Origin: an uncultured virus (IMG/VR IMGVR_UViG_3300042307_001315)
Taxonomy: Duplodnaviria; Heunggongvirae; Uroviricota; Caudoviricetes
Virus record (IMG/VR): IMGVR_UViG_3300042307_001315
Length of the DNA: 20,000 bases
Reading direction: 5' to 3' (one strand)
Below the pieces are notes generated by a model. It was not told where the DNA came from. It did not search any database and was given only the letters and a program-made list of their open reading frames with translations. Below are positions 1 to 6,332 of this stretch, piece by piece (the stretch's first letter is position 1; each line of letters begins with the position of its first letter). The position numbers and the translations under genes were made by a program.

Positions 1-168
1 TCCTTTAAAGAACATTAAAAAGTTTTCATCATCCTTATCTATATCCTCATAACCATCTTCGTCAGAACCAGTCCCATAGACCCAATCAATTTCGTTTGGG
101 TTTAGATAACTATCAAGATACTGATAGATTGCATTAAATAATTTACTCTCTGTTATTATGTATTCCAT
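1..168 (-). CDS. Hypothetical acidic protein, truncated by window edge; paralog-like neighbour of 168..557
   Basis: Not in ORF track. ATG at 168-166 overlaps the TAA of the 168..557 gene (TAATG). Reads MEYIITESKLFNAIYQYLDSYLNPNEIDWVYGTGSDEDGYEDIDKDDENFLMFFKG and stays open to base 1. First 17 aa are identical to the neighbour. Confidence 0.85.
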   Translation of the reverse strand, partial: MEYIITESKLFNAIYQYLDSYLNPNEIDWVYGTGSDEDGYEDIDKDDENFLMFFKG

Positions 169-170
169 TA
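118..170. repeat. 53-bp perfect direct repeat, copy 1 (copy 2 at 507-559)
   Basis: atactgatagattgcattaaataatttactctctgttattatgtattccatta occurs at 118-170 and 507-559. Extends to 58/59 identity with 112-116 vs 501-505. Confidence 0.95.
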
Positions 171-557
171 ATCAGCTACAATTGTTTTAACAGGTAATTC
201 AAATTTATTTTCAAACCATTTTTTAAAAGGTCCTTTCCAATATTCACCAAACATTGTTTCTAATGTTCCATAATCATTAACAATTAAAATTGGTGTTTGA
301 TTTATAAAAGATTGGCTTGAAGGTTCATCTTTATAATATTCTTTTACAATATAAATAAATAACATCCCATTTTCATCATAATCACCATCATATTCAGGAT
401 TAAAAAACTCCGTAATATATGGATTTTCTTTGTCATCATGTTCATCACCATTCCAAGTTGTTGGATTAAAATAATCAATTTTATCCACGTCATAAGACTC
501 ATCAATATACTGATAGATTGCATTAAATAATTTACTCTCTGTTATTATGTATTCCAT
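168..557 (-). CDS. Hypothetical acidic protein, 129 aa (possible internal head protein)
   Basis: ORF track. TAATG overlap at both ends. N-terminus MEYIITESKLFNAIYQY shared with the downstream gene. Confidence 0.85.
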   Translation of the reverse strand: MEYIITESKLFNAIYQYIDESYDVDKIDYFNPTTWNGDEHDDKENPYITEFFNPEYDGDYDENGMLFIYIVKEYYKDEPSSQSFINQTPILIVNDYGTLETMFGEYWKGPFKKWFENKFELPVKTIVAD

Positions 558-559
558 TA
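507..559. repeat. 53-bp perfect direct repeat, copy 2
   Basis: Identical to 118-170. Spans the upstream stop codon plus the first 17 codons of the 129-aa gene. Confidence 0.95.
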
Positions 560-1069
560 GATTCCTCTAAATTCGTTTTCACTTACATAAGTAGCAACAA
601 TACTTCTGTAAAATGGTTTGTATCCTCCATACGTATGTTTATTATCTGACCTAACATATCCATCATCACTTACCACATAATATCTAACTCTATCTTCAGT
701 TTCATAATATCCAAGATAATCCCCTTGGAATATCTCAACACCCAATTCATCAAGAGTTTTCTGATACAATGAGAATTTCATATTACCAGGTTCTTGTAAT
801 TCAACTCGTGAGTTTCCATAGTTTTTAGAACTTGGTGCCATAACTTGAACCAAACCTTGCAATTCAACAGGTGCCATGAATTGGATACCATCTTCGGTTA
901 CCTCACCATAAACATCGTCGGTTTTAGTTTTATATCTATCAATACGATAAAGAATCACGGTGAAATTCATATCACCCAATAACCATTCTTCTCCCATACC
1001 TATGTCGAGAGCGTAATCTTCGGCACCGAAGAATTTACCTAATCTTGTAATTGGAACTAATTTTTGCAT
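557..1069 (-). CDS. Putative head-closure/neck protein (T4 gp14-like), 170 aa
   Basis: VILYRIDRYKTKTDDVYGE...FMAPVEL pattern resembles the start of gp14-like head completion proteins. A gp13-like gene is nearby and a TATTTAT motif lies 6 nt upstream. Family call is tentative. Confidence 0.5.
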   Translation of the reverse strand: MQKLVPITRLGKFFGAEDYALDIGMGEEWLLGDMNFTVILYRIDRYKTKTDDVYGEVTEDGIQFMAPVELQGLVQVMAPSSKNYGNSRVELQEPGNMKFSLYQKTLDELGVEIFQGDYLGYYETEDRVRYYVVSDDGYVRSDNKHTYGGYKPFYRSIVATYVSENEFRGI

Positions 1070-1072
1070 ATA

Positions 1073-1101
1073 TTGATAAATACTTCAATATCAACTATAT
1101 T
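1073..1101 (+). promoter_or_regulatory. Sigma70-like promoter candidate for the SET-SNF2 unit
   Basis: TTGATA (1073-1078), 17-nt spacer, TATATT (1096-1101), then ATG at 1112. Confidence 0.5.
1076..1082 (-). promoter_or_regulatory. TATTTAT motif upstream of gp14-like gene
   Basis: Minus strand GTATTTATCAATATATG; 6 nt before the ATG at 1069. Confidence 0.5.
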
Positions 1102-1111
1102 TAATTCAACT

Positions 1112-1480
1112 ATGAAAATCAGTCCGCCAACTAAAATATATCTTAAAGATAGTCCGTTACATAACTTGGGTGTTTTTTCTTCACAAAAAATAAAAAAGGG
1201 TGAGGTTATTGATATTTGCCCCTTTCTTTCTTTTCCACAAAGTTCTAAAGAAAAAATACCGGTATTTTCAAACTATACCTTTTGTTACCCTCGTTCCGAG
1301 AATTGGACTAAACACGCATTGGTCTTAGGTTATGGGTCTTATTATAACCATTCCGAAACACCAAATGTTGATTGGTATACAAATGAAGAAGACCAAACAT
1401 TTGTATATTTTGCAATAAACGATATTAATGACGAGGAAGAATTGTTGATTAATTATGGTAATGGGTCTTTATTTGAGTAA
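1112..1480 (+). CDS. SET-domain protein-lysine methyltransferase, about 122 aa
   Basis: SET motifs: SPLHNLGVFS (GxG-like motif I), IKKGEVI, GYGSYYNHSETPN (NHS), EELLINYG (ELxxxY). Start moved from 1064 to ATG 1112 because 1064 overlaps the divergent gene. Confidence 0.9.
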   Translation: MKISPPTKIYLKDSPLHNLGVFSSQKIKKGEVIDICPFLSFPQSSKEKIPVFSNYTFCYPRSENWTKHALVLGYGSYYNHSETPNVDWYTNEEDQTFVYFAINDINDEEELLINYGNGSLFE

Positions 1481-3237
1481 TGGAAATTAATACTAGCATA
1501 GAATCTAAAGCGTTATCCCTATTGGAAACTTATGAAGGGGGTAATAATTATTTAATTGAATTAAAACGTAAGTCACAATTAAATAAAAAGTTTTATCCCA
1601 CTAGGAGTCAATCCGAATATATCATTAACAATCATGATAAACAACCCAAAGTTGCAAAGAAATGGGTGGTTCTTGATGCCTACTTCGCTCAGAAACTTGC
1701 TGACGATAAATTATACACCGAAATACCTCAAAAAGTATGGGTAGAAAAATTATTATCGGATAAAGAAAAAGCATTTCATATTTGGGGTAGAGTATTTGAA
1801 ACAGAAGAACTACATCATTTTTGGTTACCAAAAGCCGCAATCATCAAAGATAATACTGTTAAAGATGTTGTAATTGATTATACCAAATATTCTAACCGAC
1901 CACCACTTGACCACCAAAAAGAGGCAATCCAAAAATTAGTTGAGAACAAAAAGTTTATCCTTGCTGATGATATGGGTCTTGGTAAAACAACCTCAACAAT
2001 TATTGCAGGGTTAGAAACCGGTGCCAAGAAAATTTTAATTATTTGCCCGGCAACACTTAAAATTAACTGGAAGAGAGAAATTGAAAATTATTCTGACCGA
2101 CCAATTTTTATTTCAGAAGGAAAACAATTTAGTACGGAACATGATTTTGTTATTGTAAATTATGATATCATGAAAAATTTTCATGACCCAAAAAAGAAAG
2201 ATGAATCATTAATATTAATGTCAAAATTTGACTTAGTCATTATTGATGAAGCACACTATATTAAAAACGCCCAAGCGCAACGAACAAAACTTATCAACGA
2301 CATCACAAAGAGTGTTGATAGATTATGGTTGTTAACCGGTACACCGATGACATCTCGTCCAATAGATTATTTTAACTTACTTAGTTTAATTGATTCACCT
2401 GTTGCCAAGAATTGGATGGCATATGTTATTCGTTACTGTGCCGGTTTTCAATTCAAAGTTGGTCCAAGAAAAATTTGGAATGTCCAAGGAGCGTCAAACC
2501 TTGAGGAATTACGAGATAGAACGGCAGGTTTAACTTTAAGAAGATTAAAAGAAAATGTTTTAGATTTACCTGATAAAATCATTACACCAGTGTATTTGAG
2601 ATTGAAATCAAAAGTGTACGAAGAAGTAATGGGGGATTATTACAATTGGTATGAAAAAAACCCTGAGGAATCAAAATCACTTACGGTTCAATTTACCAAG
2701 TTAACCAAAGTTCGTCAAATTATTGCCGATGAAAAAATTTCACAAACAATTGAAATTGCTGAGAACATTATTGAACAAGACAAAAAAGTAATCATCTTTT
2801 GTAATTTTACTGATTCATTAAATAAAATTACGGAACACTTTGGAAAAGCTGCGGTTAAACTTGATGGGTCTATGTCAAAACATGAAAGACAATTTAGTGT
2901 TGACCAATTCCAAGAGAACGATAAAATAAAAGTATTTGTTGGAAATATCAAAGCAGCTGGTGTTGGTATTACTTTAACATCAGCAGAGGCCGTTATCTTC
3001 AATGATTTATCATTTTTACCATCCGACCACGCACAAGCAGAAGACCGAGCATACAGATATGGTCAAAAAAATAATGTATTAGTTTATTACCCAATTTTTG
3101 AAAATACTATTGAGGGAATTATTTACGACATACTCCACAATAAAAAACAAGTTATCGCAACCGTTATGGGAGATAATCAAAATACTGCCGACGCCGCTGA
3201 AGAAATTTTAAAGAGAATTAATGAAATGCGTCGTTAA
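1480..3237 (+). CDS. SNF2-family helicase/ATPase (SMARCAL1/ZRANB3-like), 585 aa
   Basis: LADDMGLGKT (Walker A), IIDEAH (Walker B), LTGTP (III), AAGVGITLT (V), QAEDRAYRYGQ (VI; QAEDR is typical of the SMARCAL1/HARP subfamily). Confidence 0.93.
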   Translation: MEINTSIESKALSLLETYEGGNNYLIELKRKSQLNKKFYPTRSQSEYIINNHDKQPKVAKKWVVLDAYFAQKLADDKLYTEIPQKVWVEKLLSDKEKAFHIWGRVFETEELHHFWLPKAAIIKDNTVKDVVIDYTKYSNRPPLDHQKEAIQKLVENKKFILADDMGLGKTTSTIIAGLETGAKKILIICPATLKINWKREIENYSDRPIFISEGKQFSTEHDFVIVNYDIMKNFHDPKKKDESLILMSKFDLVIIDEAHYIKNAQAQRTKLINDITKSVDRLWLLTGTPMTSRPIDYFNLLSLIDSPVAKNWMAYVIRYCAGFQFKVGPRKIWNVQGASNLEELRDRTAGLTLRRLKENVLDLPDKIITPVYLRLKSKVYEEVMGDYYNWYEKNPEESKSLTVQFTKLTKVRQIIADEKISQTIEIAENIIEQDKKVIIFCNFTDSLNKITEHFGKAAVKLDGSMSKHERQFSVDQFQENDKIKVFVGNIKAAGVGITLTSAEAVIFNDLSFLPSDHAQAEDRAYRYGQKNNVLVYYPIFENTIEGIIYDILHNKKQVIATVMGDNQNTADAAEEILKRINEMRR

Positions 3238-3250
3238 ACCAATTTTCGAT

Positions 3251-3257
3251 TATTTAT
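3251..3257 (+). promoter_or_regulatory. TATTTAT motif upstream of SOD fusion gene
   Basis: TATTTAT(A) in the 42-bp intergenic gap; 5 nt before an ATG at 3263 and 22 nt before the SOD ATG at 3280. Confidence 0.45.
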
Positions 3258-3279
3258 ATGTAATGGTTAATCCAAACAT

Positions 3280-4812
3280 ATGAAAAAAATAGAACAAAAA
3301 ATTAAAGAGTTAGAAACAGTAATCCTTGGAAATCACGTATTAAAGGAACAAAGATTGTTAATAACAGAAATGAAGAAAATAGGAATTGAGAAATTACCTT
3401 ATTCTTACTCAGCCTTAAAACAATTCATCGACCCCGAAACGATGGAATTTCACTACAACAAACATTACAAGGGATACGTGGATAAATTGAACGATGCTCT
3501 TTCAAAGAAAAAATATGGGGATTTAGAGTTAATTCAAATAATTAAAACAATCGATAGATTTGATAAGACAATTCGAAATAATGCCGGTGGTGCTTTCAAC
3601 CACGCATTGTTTTGGAATATGTTATCTCCAAAACCAACAAAACTTAAAGGGGAACTTTATCAAAAGATTATTAAACAATACGGTAGTTTTCCAACATTCA
3701 AAAAAGAATTTGAAAAAATTGCTAAAGAACGTTTTGGTTCAGGATGGGTGTGGTTAATAATCACCTCAAAAAATACTTTAAAAATAATGTCGACCCCTAA
3801 TCAAGATAATCCATTAATGAATGTTATTGAAGGTGGTGGGTTTCCAATCTTAGGATTAGATTTATGGGAACACGCATATTATCTTAAGTATAGAAACAAA
3901 CGAGATGAATATATTGCAAATTTTTGGAAAGTTGTGAATTGGGATTTTGTTTCTAAATTATATGACATGAAAGTTGAAACAAAACTTCTTGAGACGAATA
4001 AAATGAAAGAGATACTAAGTGAAGGAAAATCAGAAATGTGTTCATCATCTGAAAATGAATTTTATAGAACTTTATTCAATACTAATCAAGATGTTAAATG
4101 GATTTACATGAATGGTATAAATAAAATAATGAGAGATGTATTTTCTGAAAATTTTGTAGAAAATCCGGGTAATAACCAGATGTCAGGTGTTTATGAGTTA
4201 GAAGGACCGGGTCGGTCAGTAATCAATAAATTAAACACAAATTACACATCATTCTGTATTTTATTAAATGATGTAAATCAAGTTATTAAAAAATTAACAA
4301 AAAAACCACCAATTGATTTTAGAAATAAGAACACAGAAGAACAAAAGAAAGAGGCTTCAAGATTTATTTCGGCAATTAATCATTATAAATTTCAAATATT
4401 TAATCGAGAAAGTTCAACATTTCAAAACCTATTAAGAGTTTTAATTGAAAAGAACGCCGCAGGTTCAAAACGTGAAGAAATAACTGCGTCAATATTAAGA
4501 AGATATTTTGGTAAAGATGTTAAAATTGAAATCGTTGGAGAACTTGGAAGTAAAAAAGATGCTATTAGTGGTGTTGATTTAGAGATAACCAAAGATGGTG
4601 TAACCAAAACCGCACAAGTTAAACCTTTCCGAGAAAAAAAGATAACAGATGATGGTATCTTACTTGAAGGAACCGCAAGTGTTAAGATTTATAAAACCGA
4701 TTTAATGATTTTTCAAAAAGGGAAAAATGTTTTAGTTTTTGATAAAAAACCAATAATAGTTAATGGTAATTTCCTTTTTCCATTAGACTCATTATTATAT
4801 GATATACAATAA
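3280..4812 (+). CDS. sod: Fe/Mn superoxide dismutase (Mn-type signature) fused to a ~260-aa C-terminal domain, 510 aa
   Basis: LPYSYSAL, metal ligands H58 (FHYNKHY), H108 (NNAGGAFNHALFW), D194/H198 (DLWEHAYY), FGSGWVWL. GG before NH plus NQD (Q175) is the Mn-type pattern. SOD domain ends near residue 228 and the ORF continues without a stop. Confidence 0.92.
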   Translation: MKKIEQKIKELETVILGNHVLKEQRLLITEMKKIGIEKLPYSYSALKQFIDPETMEFHYNKHYKGYVDKLNDALSKKKYGDLELIQIIKTIDRFDKTIRNNAGGAFNHALFWNMLSPKPTKLKGELYQKIIKQYGSFPTFKKEFEKIAKERFGSGWVWLIITSKNTLKIMSTPNQDNPLMNVIEGGGFPILGLDLWEHAYYLKYRNKRDEYIANFWKVVNWDFVSKLYDMKVETKLLETNKMKEILSEGKSEMCSSSENEFYRTLFNTNQDVKWIYMNGINKIMRDVFSENFVENPGNNQMSGVYELEGPGRSVINKLNTNYTSFCILLNDVNQVIKKLTKKPPIDFRNKNTEEQKKEASRFISAINHYKFQIFNRESSTFQNLLRVLIEKNAAGSKREEITASILRRYFGKDVKIEIVGELGSKKDAISGVDLEITKDGVTKTAQVKPFREKKITDDGILLEGTASVKIYKTDLMIFQKGKNVLVFDKKPIIVNGNFLFPLDSLLYDIQ

Positions 4813-4824
4813 CGTTTAACAATA

Positions 4825-4831
4825 TATTTAT
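4825..4831 (+). promoter_or_regulatory. TATTTAT motif upstream of neck gene
   Basis: ATATATTTATAGTTATG; motif 4 nt before ATG 4836. Confidence 0.55.
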
Positions 4832-4835
4832 AGTT

Positions 4836-5963
4836 ATGGCAGTTATACCGGAACCAGAAAGAAGTAAAATTTATACGAGAGTCAAACATCAATTAGGGGC
4901 GCCACTTAGAAGTGTGGAACTTGAAGATGAAATGATGGACTCGTTAATGGAATTATCTATAGGTGACTATGAAGAATATGTTCTTCAATGGTTAATAGAT
5001 AGTCAATGGGTTAATTTAGTTAACCTAAACATGAATGAGAAATCAGTTGCGAAAGCGTTGATTACTCGAACAATGGATTTTGAACAACAATTTAGTTATT
5101 CATATTCAAAAATTGTAGGTCTTCAAACAGAAGGTCCATGGGTTTTGAAAAAAGATTATTTCATCTTAAGTGCAAATACTCAAACATACGAAATCCCTGC
5201 AGGTCGTGAGGTTAATGAATTATTATGGTTTAGTGATAGACCATGGAATGCATTTGGATTAGGGGCTTCTGCCGGTGGGTTTGGTGCTGGTTTGGGTCTT
5301 GGTGCTAGTGAAGCAGGATTCGCTCAAATGGGAAATCAAGGTTCTTACTTTATGATGTCAGGTTTTGATTATCTAATAAGAATGCAAGAGGCAAATGTCT
5401 TGAGTAGAATTTTAGGTGGTTCACTTACATATAGAATCACCGGATTACCTGATGGTAAGAAAAATATCCATTTATACAATACACCGGGAGGAAGATTTAA
5501 TTGGAATAACATTAACGGTTATGTGGGTAAAGCAGTGTGGTATTGGTATTATGATGTATCACCTGATAATAGAGCGGATTGTTTAAAAAATAATCCTGAC
5601 GTTATTAAATTACCTTCGGATGTTCCAATGGATAATTTATCTTGGGAAGATTTAAACATACCGGGTCAACAATGGGTTAGAAGATGGTTCACAGCATATT
5701 GTAAAGAAACGTTGGCAAGAGTTAGAGGAAAATATAGTGGTAATCTTAAAACTCCGGATAGTGAATTAACTATGGATTATCAATCATTATCAACTGAGGC
5801 TAAAGACGAGAAATCTAAATTACTCGAAGAACTTACAGGAGCGGAAGGATGGTTAACAAGATTAAGACCAGAAAAAGTGATGGAACGAGAGGCGTTAATT
5901 GCAGAAAACTTAAACAAACAAATGAAATTTAGAGCAATGCCTCGACAAATATACGTAATATAA
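4836..5963 (+). CDS. Neck protein, T4 gp13-like, 375 aa
   Basis: N-terminal RVKHQLGAPLRSVELEDEMMD and C-terminal WVRRWFTAYCKETLARVRGKYSG..PDSELTMDYQSLSTEAKDEKSKL parallel the T4 gp13 blocks (LRRLGAPIINVEL; WVKDYATALAKE...). Confidence 0.8.
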   Translation: MAVIPEPERSKIYTRVKHQLGAPLRSVELEDEMMDSLMELSIGDYEEYVLQWLIDSQWVNLVNLNMNEKSVAKALITRTMDFEQQFSYSYSKIVGLQTEGPWVLKKDYFILSANTQTYEIPAGREVNELLWFSDRPWNAFGLGASAGGFGAGLGLGASEAGFAQMGNQGSYFMMSGFDYLIRMQEANVLSRILGGSLTYRITGLPDGKKNIHLYNTPGGRFNWNNINGYVGKAVWYWYYDVSPDNRADCLKNNPDVIKLPSDVPMDNLSWEDLNIPGQQWVRRWFTAYCKETLARVRGKYSGNLKTPDSELTMDYQSLSTEAKDEKSKLLEELTGAEGWLTRLRPEKVMEREALIAENLNKQMKFRAMPRQIYVI

Positions 5964-5964
5964 T

Positions 5965-6300
5965 ATGGCAATAATTAAATCAATACCGTCAAGAAAAATA
6001 ATAAATGGACTTACCATAGATTCTTCAGAAATTTCTGTAGTATCTGAATTAGATTACAGAACTAATGGAGAAAGTTGTATTATTGTTAGAGGAGTATCAC
6101 AATCTGTAATTACATTAGATTCAAGAACAACTGACCACGTTGTTATTAAATCAATGACTAAAGTCACGATTAAACCTGACACTGGAAAAATAGATGAAGA
6201 TTACGATGAATTAGTTGCCGACCAATACGCTTGTATTGAATTCAGATTTGTTGGTGGTAATTGGTATATTCTATCATCCGATGGTTTAAAACAATCATAA
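5965..6300 (+). CDS. Hypothetical beta-rich protein, probably structural, 111 aa
   Basis: ORF track; 1 nt after the neck gene. C-terminal GKIDE...QYACIEFRFVGGNWYIL resembles small beta modules of phage fibre/structural proteins. Confidence 0.65.
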   Translation: MAIIKSIPSRKIINGLTIDSSEISVVSELDYRTNGESCIIVRGVSQSVITLDSRTTDHVVIKSMTKVTIKPDTGKIDEDYDELVADQYACIEFRFVGGNWYILSSDGLKQS

Positions 6301-6332
6301 AAAACAAAAGTGGTCCTAAGACCACTTTTTTT
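6301..6332. terminator. Bidirectional intrinsic terminator
   Basis: Perfect inverted repeat AAAAGTGGTC (6306-6315) / GACCACTTTT (6320-6329) with CTAA loop, A/T tracts on both sides, between convergent genes. Confidence 0.88.

Noticed and set aside
118..559. 53-bp direct repeat as a CRISPR array or att site
   Set aside because: Only two copies, 336 bp between them, both coding the same N-terminus; no cas or integrase gene in the window.
1064..1111. Longer ORF-track start for the SET gene (likewise 16212 for FkbM)
   Set aside because: The extensions overlap neighbouring genes or promoter elements and lack domain content; the downstream ATGs fit better.
5240..5345. Gly/Ala-rich segment in the neck protein as a novel insertion or membrane helix
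   Set aside because: Gly-rich low-complexity central loops are common in gp13-like proteins; no DNA-level repeat.
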